The notes below the pieces were generated by a model, which saw only the letters and a program-made list of their open reading frames with translations, did not search any database and had not been told where the DNA came from. DNA of 64,000 nucleotides from a virus (lineage: Duplodnaviria > Caudoviricetes): positions 151,993 through 215,992 of the IMG/VR virus record IMGVR_UViG_3300033074_000233. One strand, written 5' to 3'. How positions within the stretch are numbered: the first letter of the stretch is position 1; every line of letters begins with the position of its first letter. The translations under genes were made by a program, and so were the position numbers. This document shows positions 21,916-32,545 of the stretch, piece by piece.

Positions 21916-22748
21916 TTACGCTTCGTGGAATCAATCTCGACAAACTCAACAGCATCACCAAGTATCCCAGTATCCCGACGTACCACACGCTCGGTGATCG
22001 TGGTATCCTGCAGCAGGACCACATCGACTTCTCCTCTTTTGACAAGGTTGAAGCAACTGAGAAAGTTGATGGTACCAACTCGCGCATCATCATGCTCATC
22101 AACCCGTCCTTGCCTCAGGGCTTCCAGTTCGTGCTGGGTTCCCGTGAGGAACTATTGTACGCACGCGGTGACCTGATTGGCAATCCGAGTATGGGCATTG
22201 TAGACGCCCTACGCAACACGGCAGAAAGCATCGGTCGCCAGATGCTGGAAGACTTCGAGGAAATTGACTTCGACCGAGAAAACTTCTACACGTTCTACTT
22301 TGAGACCTACGGCGGCAAGGTCGGCGCCAATGCCAAGAACTACACCCGTGAAGGCAAGGTCGGTCATCGCCTGTTCGACATTGTGAACACCAGCGTAACC
22401 GAGTTCCTTTCCCTTCAGGAGAAAGAGGGCTCACACATCGCGCGCTGGAGAGAAGAGGAACAAGGCCAGAAGTTCCTGGATAGCGTGTCGATGGACTCCG
22501 TTGCCGATCATCTTGGCCTTGAGCGAGTTCCGGTTACTACGGTGAATACCCAGTATCTTCCGAACACCCTTGTAGAAGGCGGTGAGTTTCTCAAGGCCTT
22601 CGCTCAGACTACGCAGGTTGCCCTTGACGACACTGGTATGCTCAAGCCTGAAGGCATAGTCGTGCGTTCGACGGACCGTAGCAAGATTGCCAAGATTCGC
22701 TACGAAGATTACGAGCGTACCCTCAAGTTTCTCTCCAAGAAGGGCTGA
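21912..22748 (+). CDS. RNA ligase (Rnl2-like nucleotidyltransferase)
   Basis: Motif I EKVDGTN, GSR, FDI, EGIVVR, AKIRYEDY. Confidence 0.85.
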   Translation: MITLRGINLDKLNSITKYPSIPTYHTLGDRGILQQDHIDFSSFDKVEATEKVDGTNSRIIMLINPSLPQGFQFVLGSREELLYARGDLIGNPSMGIVDALRNTAESIGRQMLEDFEEIDFDRENFYTFYFETYGGKVGANAKNYTREGKVGHRLFDIVNTSVTEFLSLQEKEGSHIARWREEEQGQKFLDSVSMDSVADHLGLERVPVTTVNTQYLPNTLVEGGEFLKAFAQTTQVALDDTGMLKPEGIVVRSTDRSKIAKIRYEDYERTLKFLSKKG

Positions 22749-22752
22749 TGAC

Positions 22753-24573
22753 ATGGAAATCCAAAGACTGCGTAACCTTACCACAGGCATCCTGCACACC
22801 GAAATCGGTCACATCTACGAGGACATTGAACTGCTCACGGGTGAGAAAGGCATCATGACCCACATGCTGCCCAATGCAATGCGGGCTATGGAGCTCATTC
22901 TTCGCGCCCGACTGAAAGACGACCGCTTTTTCCATAAGACTTGGGACAAGGAGCACAAGGGTGAAGTTGATATGCAGCCGTTCGCTGCCCACGAGAAGGC
23001 CGTGTTTTGGGATAACTACAGGGCTCTTCCGTCTCTCTTAGAAGGAAAGAAAGTAATAGAGGTCCTGGTGGATGAAGCGAAGTCGTCATGAAATGGTACT
23101 GCACCGATCTGGACGAAAACGGGTTCTTCAAACTACACGTTGAAACCAAGTACGCTTCCGCTTGGAAACGAATGCGTATGACGCCAAGGTTCTGGTTTGA
23201 AGTGAGCGCGTTGAAAGCACGGCTGAAACCGTCACGCGGTGGGCTGTATATCATTCAATTTTGCGGAGTGTGAGGAGAGTAACATGAAATACATCACTAC
23301 GAAAACCGAAGAAGGCAAAGAAGAAATCTTCCTTTTTCCAAAGGACGTTAATCACGATTGCATGATGGAAATGCTTGGCTTCATCAAGAACCAAACAGGC
23401 GGGCAGTGGGAGCGCGTTTACCGCGAGGCTATTTCGGCTGGCTTCGTTGATGGTAACATGAAGTGTCACGGCCACAGCGAAACCCTCAAGTTGAAATCCC
23501 GACCAACCGAGGATACTGCGTTGCTCAAGAAGCAGTTAGGAGGCTGATATGAAACTGGTACATCAGGATCATACCAAGTGTCCGAGTTGTGGTCACACCC
23601 ACAGCGAGTTGTACTTCGAGTTTGACTACGTTGATCGGTACAAGTCCGGTCCACGTAAAGGTCAGGTCAAGACAGCCCGACAAGAGAAAGCGGTATTCCG
23701 TAGTGGTCAACCGTTCGATGAAATCCTGTCGGATGCCGGTAACACAGCCATACCACTTGTCGTCAAGGACGAGGACTCGTTCAACTATCACAAGAAGGTT
23801 TTAGCCTGTCCAAACTGCCGAGTGGTATTCGTTGCTGGCAAGTGCAATGATCCAGTCCTGTTCACTGAGGGGTTCCGATGACATGACTAAGAAACTGAGC
23901 GACGTAAAACGTATTGAGATAAGTCAGGAATACACCGCAGTACGAGTCACGACCTATAAGCAAATTCTCGCGCTTGGTTGGGAAACGGCCCGGCGCTTGA
24001 ACATCTACGATCCCGTAGACGGTGAGGTGTATTTCGTGGACAACATCTACAACTGGATTCAGGCCAATCCACGATTCCATAGCAGACAAATATTGGAAGT
24101 GGAAGTAGCCAGCACTGACAACATAAAAATCGTTTACAACACCTAGAAGGAGAACCGAAATGAGCACAGTAACTGCCACGTTTGCCGAAGAACTTTGGGC
24201 TGAGGCCAGAGACGTTCGCCTCAAGGCCGAGACGGAGCGTAACGAAACCAAGAAGCGTCTCCTGCAGATGCTTATGTCCGAGACCCGAAAGCAGGCCAAG
24301 CATGCCACTAAGAAGGGCGAGGACAAATGCGAAATCCACTTTCCTACCGTGTATGAGCAAGAACCCTTGCACAAGGATGTTGTTGTCACGTCCTTCAGAA
24401 AGGAACTCCTAGCCCTAGGCTTCAACAAGCGCGAAGTCGTCTGGGCCTTCCATGAGGTGAATAGCAGCGACAATGAAAAGGGCAAGCACCTCATACTACG
24501 TCTGGCCTGGGATGAGCCGCTTGACTCCCGCTCGGTCAGCGAACTTTTGAATCCTCCAGTAGAAAAGGCCTGA
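22753..24573 (+). other. hypothetical CDSs (22753-23091, 23088-23273, 23284-23547, Zn-finger 23549-23881, 23883-24146, 24160-24573)
   Basis: ORF tiling with RBSs. Confidence 0.6.
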
Positions 24574-24581
24574 AAAGCATT

Positions 24582-24591
24582 CTGTAAAGTA
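24582..24591 (+). promoter_or_regulatory. putative phage-specific promoter CTGTAAAGTA
   Basis: Same 10-mer at 5377, 11639, 29762, 40746 (+) and 48398-48407 (-). Confidence 0.6.
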
Positions 24592-24625
24592 CAGTTGCGT
24601 TTCTACTTTTCGAGGGATAAGGTCT

Positions 24626-25099
24626 GTGGACGACTATATATCAAGGCTCAGAAAGTCAATCCTGATTGGCACGGTTACAACGAACGATTCCTTTGACGCT
24701 AGGACCCACATCAAGGTTCTGACCAAGATAGGTGACGAAGTAATCTCCAAGTATTCCCCTAACCTGCAGGTCCATGTCAAGGCAGAAGTGGCCATGCAGA
24801 TAGAGGACGAGAAAGGAAACATCACCGATGTTATGTGTGAATACCTAATCCTGTCTGTCGGAAGTCGGGCAGCCAAGATTGTGTATGACGGTCAGATCAA
24901 TGAGTGCTACATTCACTTCACGGTAAGCACCACGCCGTCGTGGGTTCGTTTCTACTACGGACACATGGTCACGATCTTCTGCCCTGACATTCCAATGTCC
25001 AACGTGATTCTCGGTGCTGTCTTTGAAGGTAAGGACACAGACAAAGACGAGGAAGATACCAAGCCAGCAGAACGTCCTAAACTTACTTTGGTGAAATGA
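24626..25099 (+). CDS. divergent SspB-like ClpXP adaptor
   Basis: LILSVGSRA...F...P..V......V.IF pattern, acidic linker and C-terminal RPKLTLVK (cf. SspB RPALRVVK). Confidence 0.65.
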   Translation: MDDYISRLRKSILIGTVTTNDSFDARTHIKVLTKIGDEVISKYSPNLQVHVKAEVAMQIEDEKGNITDVMCEYLILSVGSRAAKIVYDGQINECYIHFTVSTTPSWVRFYYGHMVTIFCPDIPMSNVILGAVFEGKDTDKDEEDTKPAERPKLTLVK

Positions 25100-25306
25100 A
25101 ATGGAAGATTCCGACTTCGCAAAAGCAATAAGACAGGCAGACCTCAGGCTGCGCGACATTATACAGCACAGGTTAGCAGGTCGTCAGGCACTCGCCGAGC
25201 CTAGACTAACTGACGAGGATATTGAAGCCTTAATTATTTTTATCGCAAGCAGGGGCTTTGTTCAAAAAGTTTAATGCGTAAGCAATCCTAAAACAGGAGA
25301 AACGCT

Positions 25307-27247
25307 ATGCCCGTCAATCAAACTACAACTTATCCTCCAACACGACCAGTCTGGGTAATCGGACTGGAGTATCTTGAACTGTCCCTGCTCAACTGGTTCG
25401 TTACCACGCATATGATTCCACAAATGACTCGGGCGGTTGCTGAAGCCGAGGTGGGACGGGGTCTTACACGCGAGCGCATTGAAGAACTGTTGGCTACAGG
25501 ACAAATGCTGTTCCGTAGGAATACAACTCCAAAACTTCAACAGTATTACACCTTCTTCACCAAGAATATGGTGAAGGCCGTTCGGAACCACTCCGACAAA
25601 ATCATGTTCGCTGATTCCAGTATGTTCTCTGGACTTACTAACTTGGAATTTGAGGCTCACGCATTTGACGGTGCGGATTATTTTTATAGAGCAGCGCAGC
25701 ATAGGCAGTGTGTATACATCACGTTCCAAACTGCGTACAACCCGGCTCACGGTTTTGCCCAAGAGAGCGAGCGTTACGAATACTACGTCGTGGAAAGAAA
25801 CAATACCGGATATATTCTTGGTTCCTCACGTTTTCCATCCCCACCCAATAGAAACGTACATGGGCTAGGTCCGTCAGTATCCTACACTGACTCCTGGATT
25901 TCTAATCCTCATAGTGTTCGTCTGCCCGAGCACGTTATCAATAGTTTGTCCTACCAGAACAGGACATCCGAGTCTTACGCTATTGTCTCGCCTATAAACA
26001 ATAGGTTTGTAGACAAAGCCTCCTATATTCTGGATTGGCTCTCAAGCGACAGCGCGCCAAAGAACCTGAACAAACTTAACTACTTCGATGCGCTCCGTAA
26101 GGCTGGAGAGTGGCATGAGGAGAGAACTCGCAGGCGTAATGCGGCTATGCGTTCGCCAGTTCGTCCTGGGGTGACCGTTACGGAAGTTGATGTGTCTAGG
26201 CGTGTACTGGACTTGAGTAATAGAACCGATATGGACATCTTCATGGCTGGGCGCATAGCTGGAAGGACTAATACCTTTAGAGCCATGTTTGACCTTGAGC
26301 GTGGTCAAATGGTTTATCCAACAAAGAAAGAGACTCAAGTTACTGAGGTTACAGAAGCCGATTACACGTTGATTTGGGAACGTGATGGATGGAGAGTATT
26401 TGCTCTGGAATCTCAAGCGGCCTTCGTCAAAGAGTCAGAGTTGATGAGTCACTGTATTGGTGAGTCTCCTCGTTATTGGAGGATGAAGGAAGAGGACCCG
26501 CACCATTATATCGCAATGACTCTAAGATCTCCTGCCGAACAGGGCTTCGGTAAAGCAACGGCGACGTTCGACTACTATCCGGCACGAGGCTTTACGCAAC
26601 TAAAAGGGTACGACAACAGGAGTCTAACGATTGGTGCATCGGATATGTTCGTTAGGTTCCTTGATGATATTGCGCGCTTTGGTGTTGAGTACACCTCACC
26701 GTTGTTTACGAAGAACGAGGATGAATATGCCAACAGCACGCCCTTTCCGATGATCTACGCAGCGAAGTGGTTTGATTATGGGAACCTAGCCACGGCCTTT
26801 CATGGCGATGCTCGTGTTGTTAAAAACTACTTGGACAGAAATGTACATATTCCCTCAGCGATTGATACGCTATTAAATCCTATTACCAAGTCTAACATTG
26901 AGCAGATGCGTAAAGAGTACATCAATGGCGAGGAAGTTCAGATAAGGTTCTTGGAAGAGCCACGTGGCGGTTTGACTTGGGTAGGTGTTGATGAAGTTGC
27001 ACCGTTACACCAGATACAGGCCTTGGATAGACTGTTAAGAGCACGTGAGGGATCTAGAGTGGGAAATCCAGAGTATGGTGTGCCGATACAGGACCTTATT
27101 GCTCAGGACCCGAACCCGTGCAACGAAGTTGAGATTCCTGTTAGTCCTTCTGTAGTAACCGTTGAAACCGGTCAAGCCACAACTATTCACCTTCCTGAGG
27201 TCCCGGAAGGCACCACATTCCGTATCTACCGTAATCGAGGAAACTAA
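25307..27247 (+). CDS. PcfJ-domain protein
   Basis: ESELMSHCIG...QLKGYDNR. Confidence 0.7.
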   Translation: MPVNQTTTYPPTRPVWVIGLEYLELSLLNWFVTTHMIPQMTRAVAEAEVGRGLTRERIEELLATGQMLFRRNTTPKLQQYYTFFTKNMVKAVRNHSDKIMFADSSMFSGLTNLEFEAHAFDGADYFYRAAQHRQCVYITFQTAYNPAHGFAQESERYEYYVVERNNTGYILGSSRFPSPPNRNVHGLGPSVSYTDSWISNPHSVRLPEHVINSLSYQNRTSESYAIVSPINNRFVDKASYILDWLSSDSAPKNLNKLNYFDALRKAGEWHEERTRRRNAAMRSPVRPGVTVTEVDVSRRVLDLSNRTDMDIFMAGRIAGRTNTFRAMFDLERGQMVYPTKKETQVTEVTEADYTLIWERDGWRVFALESQAAFVKESELMSHCIGESPRYWRMKEEDPHHYIAMTLRSPAEQGFGKATATFDYYPARGFTQLKGYDNRSLTIGASDMFVRFLDDIARFGVEYTSPLFTKNEDEYANSTPFPMIYAAKWFDYGNLATAFHGDARVVKNYLDRNVHIPSAIDTLLNPITKSNIEQMRKEYINGEEVQIRFLEEPRGGLTWVGVDEVAPLHQIQALDRLLRAREGSRVGNPEYGVPIQDLIAQDPNPCNEVEIPVSPSVVTVETGQATTIHLPEVPEGTTFRIYRNRGN

Positions 27248-27251
27248 GTCA

Positions 27252-27719
27252 ATGGATTGTCCGACTGTACCCAGAAAGAGGGCCCCAAAGATGCCGCGCA
27301 TGAAAGTTAAAGGTGTACCTGGAAGTAGAAACAAAGAAGAATTGCTTCGGGCAAAAGAGGTAGGCTGCTTTAAGTGTCTCGAAACCTACTCTCCGAAGGA
27401 TATCAAGGAATGGATTGACAGAGGTGAGACTGCTCTTTGCCCTATGTCTAAGTGCGGAGTTGATTCGGTCATTGCGCGTAACGCCAACGATTCGGCTATG
27501 GCCTTCGAGACCCGCCTGAAAAAATTGAAGGAAGAACGATTTGACGGCGTGTATGACAAGTCCAGAGAAGACGGTACTGCTATTGTGATCGACGCTGGTA
27601 TGAGTGATCGTGGTGAGTACGTTACCGTGAAGATGTTTGGCTCAGACCGCATTGTCACGCACTACGAATCCGATCCTGACGGAGCCTTCCAACGTATTGA
27701 AGCACTTTCGAGGCACTGA
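27252..27719 (+). CDS. Zn-binding hypothetical protein
   Basis: GCFKC...IKEWID.GETALCP..CGVDSVI. Confidence 0.7.
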   Translation: MDCPTVPRKRAPKMPRMKVKGVPGSRNKEELLRAKEVGCFKCLETYSPKDIKEWIDRGETALCPMSKCGVDSVIARNANDSAMAFETRLKKLKEERFDGVYDKSREDGTAIVIDAGMSDRGEYVTVKMFGSDRIVTHYESDPDGAFQRIEALSRH

Positions 27720-28210
27720 TATGGCAATCACACCAAAATCCGTAACAATACGGAGTCCACATTACCTCAAGCCTGTAGAGGTCGAGTTTAAGGGCCTTTC
27801 CTTCTACAAGAAAAAAGATGATGGTCCGTTCTATATTTCAGGAGGACGTGACGCTCATGCCTTAGTGCTTGGGTTCAACGTACATCGTGAGGTCCATTAC
27901 AGTGGAGATACAGGCGAAGAAATTTCGGATACTTTCCAGATCAAGTACACTCTGTTGTGTGAGAAGGATTCAGCATGAAGCCCCCATTCAATGAAGTTCC
28001 GTCTTACTGGTGGGACATGGAAGATCATAACGGTAAGCCACACATTATTGTTGAGAGCAACGATGATCGCTTTCCTGTAGTGGGTAGGTTTCAGTATGAT
28101 CCAGACTCAAAAGAGGCAGCTGAGCCTGCTATAAAAGACGCGGACAAACTTATTGAGGACTTGAAAGCAGGACGAGTTGATCCGCGCAAACTTTACAAGG
28201 ATCTTACCAA

Positions 28211-29077
28211 ATGAAAATCAAAGTAACACCCAACTGGAAGAATCACATTCGACTTGAGTTCTCGTCAGGCAATCCAGACAACGATCATCCTGAGTCGGGT
28301 ATCACGATTGCCTTCTGGAGGTGGTATATCCAGATCAACTGCTGGATGCCATTCAAACCGATTGAAAAGAAAGTGAAAGCCACGTTCTGGGACGCTGCTA
28401 CCATAGAGCGTATGGGTCGGGACTGGTATATCAACTACATCGAGCGCCGTTACGGTTTCTATGTGTGTGACGGTCACTTCAACGTGAACTACGGTCGGTA
28501 TACGCATGATAGCAGCACAGAACAACGCTGGTCCATGTTTCTTCCTTGGACTCAGTGGCGTCACGTTCGCCACACTATGTACAACATAGACGGCTCCGTG
28601 TTCTTCGAGGAACTTGAAGGCAAGAAGGGTCAGAAGAAAGACTGGATGGAATGGCACAAAGCCAGAGATAATCTTCCTAAGGTCTGCTTCCGTTTCGCTG
28701 ACTACGACGGTGAGATAATTGAGGTCGAGACCTTTGCGGAAGAGCGTCAATGGAAGTTCGGTACCGGATGGTTCAAGTGGCTGTCTTGGTTCCGCAAGGA
28801 CCTCGTAAAGCGTTCACTTGACCTTGACTTCACCAAGGAGGTGGGCAAGCGCAAGGGTTCATGGAAAGGCGGTACCCTTGGTCACAGCGTGGACCTTGGT
28901 CCAAACGAACTGTATGAAACGGCCTTCAAACGGTACTGCAAAGAACATAACCTGACTTACTTGCAAATGATTCCTGCAGTCAGTGACCTATCAAGGAAGA
29001 AGTGGCGCAAGCAAGAGTCGAACCTTGAGGCATGTGCTGCCGATGGTGGTGCATCAGCACAGGTGAAGAAAGCATGA
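28211..29077 (+). CDS. Trp-rich conserved phage hypothetical
   Basis: 288-aa ORF, EVG.RKGSWKGGT motif. Confidence 0.7.
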   Translation: MKIKVTPNWKNHIRLEFSSGNPDNDHPESGITIAFWRWYIQINCWMPFKPIEKKVKATFWDAATIERMGRDWYINYIERRYGFYVCDGHFNVNYGRYTHDSSTEQRWSMFLPWTQWRHVRHTMYNIDGSVFFEELEGKKGQKKDWMEWHKARDNLPKVCFRFADYDGEIIEVETFAEERQWKFGTGWFKWLSWFRKDLVKRSLDLDFTKEVGKRKGSWKGGTLGHSVDLGPNELYETAFKRYCKEHNLTYLQMIPAVSDLSRKKWRKQESNLEACAADGGASAQVKKA

Positions 29078-29529
29078 TACCTAAGTATGGGTCTGTAGAA
29101 GCCCGCAATCCTCGGATCAAGTACGATCATGCTACTGGATCGAAAATGCTCGTTCACAAATGTGGCTGCAACGAGGACGGCTGTCAACTGTGTCATTGGG
29201 ACCGATTCAAGATTCCAGCACACAAGAATAGAGAAGAACGTCGGAGAGCCAAGCATGAGGCCAAGAGCACCGGTAAAGTGTAGTGAGTGTAAGACGCAAA
29301 CTTATGATTGCGTTCTACTGCCTGCCTCTACGTGGTATTTCATCTTCGATCACGACTCCTCGAAGGAGAACATGCTACCTGGATGGGGCTGGCCGATTCA
29401 GAAGGTAACCCGTGAAGTCTGGGAAATGGCCCGGGCCAAGCGCGATACCTACTCACCTGTATACGGCAAGATATTCAAGTGCTGGATACCGTACTGTAAG
29501 GACTGCATGATGCCAAAGAGGAAAGTCGC

Positions 29530-29772
29530 ATGTTAGCACAAGCCGAGATCGAAACGCTGGAGCAGGCCCTGAACACCGAGCCAACTACGAACTTCCTCGT
29601 GTTGCTCCGTGAGGAGGCCAAGCAATATGGATGGACGAAACTCGAAAGAGAGACAGGCATAAGCCGTCAAGGCATGCACCAGGCCTTGAGTGAGAGGGGC
29701 AATCCTCAGTTTGCGACTGTCCACGCAATACTGAAGGCCCTGGGAGTAAAGATCACTGTTACTGTAAAGTAG
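29530..29772 (+). CDS. HI1420-type addiction-module antidote HTH protein (orphan)
   Basis: AKQYGWTKLERETGISRQGMHQALSERGNPQFATVHAILKALG. Confidence 0.85.
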   Translation: MLAQAEIETLEQALNTEPTTNFLVLLREEAKQYGWTKLERETGISRQGMHQALSERGNPQFATVHAILKALGVKITVTVK

Positions 29773-29824
29773 TGTCGTTAGCGTCAAAGTAAGTAACCAT
29801 CAAAGCAACTAGAGGTAAGAGGTC

Positions 29825-31441
29825 ATGTCGCAAGCAACAACCACGTCCAGCCAGAAACTGGGCAACTACACCGATGCACAATACCACCGATTGGTCGAGG
29901 CCATGCAGACCGCGTTCCTTGACAACATCGAAGGCCAGCCGCTTTTTACGGTCGATATTGAGGACCTGTGGGAAGTCTATCTGGAGTCGTTCGCTCTGGA
30001 GAACCGTCAGTACCACAACTGCTCGGCTTGCCGGCACTTCATCCAGCGTTTCGGTCATCTGGTAACCATTGACGCCGAGGGTCACCAGACGCCTGTAATG
30101 TGGGACGTGAGCGAAGATCATCCGTATGCCCAGGTGTTTGAGCGTCTGCGGTCGCACGTTCGCCGTGCTCGCGTTACTGGCATTCACCTGTCGTCGGAGA
30201 AAGTGTGGGGCACCCCTAAGACTGGTGTGTGGACTCACTTCGCCGTTGTACCGCCTTCGACCCGTCTGCACAAGGACGTGTTGCTGACTGCCGGCCAGAC
30301 GATGGCTGAGAAGCGCGAAGACTACAAGAACGTCAAGCGCGCACTGTCGGAGTTCGGTCTTCCTCTTCTGGAGAAAGCACTCGGCCTGTTGAAGTCCGAG
30401 TCGATGTATCGCTCCGAGAAGGTGATCGGTCCCGTACAGTGGTTGCATGACCTGCATGTAGCGCGTGAAGCAGCAGGCAAGAACAAGGCTGTGCGTCGCA
30501 ACGTGACCTGGCTGGCAATCGCCAACGCACCGAAAGGCTTCCTGCATACTCGTGCAGGCATGGCTGGTACGCTGCTTGACGATCTGGCTTCTGGTATGGA
30601 CTTCGCACAGGTGTCCAAGCGTTTCGCTGACAAGATGCACCCGCTGTCGTACCAACGTCCGCAAGTAGCACCGTCAGCTGGCAACATCAAGGTTGCTGAG
30701 GAGATCGTTGCGAAATTGGGTCTGGCTCCGGCACTGCAACGCCGCTTCGCTCGTCTGGAAGAAGTCAAGACCACGTGGGTTCCGCCTACCGTTGTCAAGA
30801 CTGCCAAGAACGATGGTGGTGTGTTCGGTCACCTGACTCCGAAAGGTCATGTTGAAGAAAAGGAACTGCGCGTTACCAAGTCTACCAGCATGACGTGGGA
30901 CAAGTTCACCCGCACCATTCTGCCTGACGTACTGGAAATGCAGGTGTACCTGGGTTCTGGCGCGCATCACTTCGGTGCTATCGTGACCGCAGTGAATCCG
31001 GAAGCACCACCGCTGTTGCAGTGGGACTACGAAGATGCTCGCAACCCGTTCTCGTGGTACCTGTGGAATGGCGGTTCTACGGCACGTCAGTGGACCCTTG
31101 AGAGTGGCGCGTTCCACAAGATCAATGCCGTGTGCAACGATCCTGCTCACTGGAATGAGGAACGTGCTCCGAAGAACCAGCCGAAGGGCATCTTCCTGAT
31201 CATCGACGGTGCGCGTGAAACCCGTAACGCAGGTATCGCGCTGTTCCCGGAGATCATGCGTTCTGAACTGCACGGCATCCGTTCGACCATCGAGTCCTTC
31301 TCCAGCAAGGGCAAGTTGGAAGGAATGGAAGAAGGTTCCGCTTGCGGCCTGATCCTGCAACAAGGTGGCTCGCTCAATGTTCGTCTGCGTGTGCGTACCA
31401 AAGCACTCGTTGCCGATTACACCATCGACCGTATCGACTGA
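29825..31441 (+). CDS. large conserved hypothetical protein
   Basis: 538 aa, RQYHNCSACRHFI Zn motif, PLSYQRP; strongly biased codons. Confidence 0.75.
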   Translation: MSQATTTSSQKLGNYTDAQYHRLVEAMQTAFLDNIEGQPLFTVDIEDLWEVYLESFALENRQYHNCSACRHFIQRFGHLVTIDAEGHQTPVMWDVSEDHPYAQVFERLRSHVRRARVTGIHLSSEKVWGTPKTGVWTHFAVVPPSTRLHKDVLLTAGQTMAEKREDYKNVKRALSEFGLPLLEKALGLLKSESMYRSEKVIGPVQWLHDLHVAREAAGKNKAVRRNVTWLAIANAPKGFLHTRAGMAGTLLDDLASGMDFAQVSKRFADKMHPLSYQRPQVAPSAGNIKVAEEIVAKLGLAPALQRRFARLEEVKTTWVPPTVVKTAKNDGGVFGHLTPKGHVEEKELRVTKSTSMTWDKFTRTILPDVLEMQVYLGSGAHHFGAIVTAVNPEAPPLLQWDYEDARNPFSWYLWNGGSTARQWTLESGAFHKINAVCNDPAHWNEERAPKNQPKGIFLIIDGARETRNAGIALFPEIMRSELHGIRSTIESFSSKGKLEGMEEGSACGLILQQGGSLNVRLRVRTKALVADYTIDRID

Positions 31442-31448
31442 GGAAAAC

Positions 31449-31649
31449 ATGAATCACCTTAAACTAGGCCGGCGCTTTGCCATCATCGTGTTCTGGATTA
31501 TGACCGTAGGTGTCTTGTACAACTTGGTTACAGGCTGTGCTAACTGCTGGGCTATTGGTTGGTTCGGTGCTGTGCTTTACGGGGCCGTACTAATTGTCGT
31601 GCTTTACGGTGCTGCGGTTGCAACACCCAAACTCTGGAGTCTCAAATGA
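31449..31649 (+). CDS. small two-TM membrane protein
   Basis: Two hydrophobic segments, GAGG RBS. Confidence 0.65.
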   Translation: MNHLKLGRRFAIIVFWIMTVGVLYNLVTGCANCWAIGWFGAVLYGAVLIVVLYGAAVATPKLWSLK

Positions 31650-32353
31650 AAAAGTTCCTTATCGCTATTGCTGTTTCTTCGATGCTTCTTGCAGGCTGCG
31701 CCCGTGTTGCATCCAACGTCTACGTCCTTACCACGTCAGACTGCGGCGCAAACTGGGAAAAACTTGACGTTGGTAATGCTGTGCCGAAACACACAGGTCA
31801 GCCTTGCGGATACAACGTGGCGCTTCCCAACTGGCCTATGGCGGGTGAGACACAGTTCAAGACGCAGTTCGACAAAAAGGTCTTGAGCAAAGCCAAACTG
31901 TCCTACAGTTATGCCATCACCGATCCTGTAGCGTTTATCAACGAGGCTCGTTACCTCGGCAAGATGGGAGGTTCACTTGAACTCTCAGCCGACGAGGTAG
32001 GCAGTCGATACGAAATGGCCGAGAATATCATCATCGACAAGATGCTTCGTGAGGTGACTACAAGTCTTACACGGACCCTCGATATTGTTGATGCAAACCC
32101 AGCCGAAGTAGAGGACGCTATCATGGCTAAAGCCGCTGAGGCTCTTGCTAAGAAAGGCATTACCTTGAATGACTTGGCTCTGGTCATTGAGAATGATGAA
32201 CAGACGCGACTGGCCATTGATGCAGCAACCGCAGTTCGGGTATATGAGGCCGCGGGCATCAAGGAAGTTGGTGAGCGTGTAATGATCGCAAGATCGGGTG
32301 CCAATAACATTGTCATAGAGACAAGCCGAGAGTCGGTTTCTGAATCCAAATGA
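31646..32353 (+). CDS. SPFH/band-7-like lipoprotein
   Basis: Lipobox LAGC; YSYAITDP.AF...LREVT...LAKKGITL pattern. Confidence 0.65.
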   Translation: MKKFLIAIAVSSMLLAGCARVASNVYVLTTSDCGANWEKLDVGNAVPKHTGQPCGYNVALPNWPMAGETQFKTQFDKKVLSKAKLSYSYAITDPVAFINEARYLGKMGGSLELSADEVGSRYEMAENIIIDKMLREVTTSLTRTLDIVDANPAEVEDAIMAKAAEALAKKGITLNDLALVIENDEQTRLAIDAATAVRVYEAAGIKEVGERVMIARSGANNIVIETSRESVSESK

Positions 32354-32545
32354 CCGAAGTAAAGTGGGTAACGGTGAAGGTCAAGCCAAGGCTGGTACGA
32401 CGCCGTTACTCACGTTTCCTCAACCGTAGGCACTACACGCCTCCGTCAACGGATAAGTGTATCGACATAACTCCTCAGTCAATGAAGGACGAAATCATTG
32501 AGGAGCATATGAAACTCCTAATAGACGAAATAGAGAGGACTCGAA

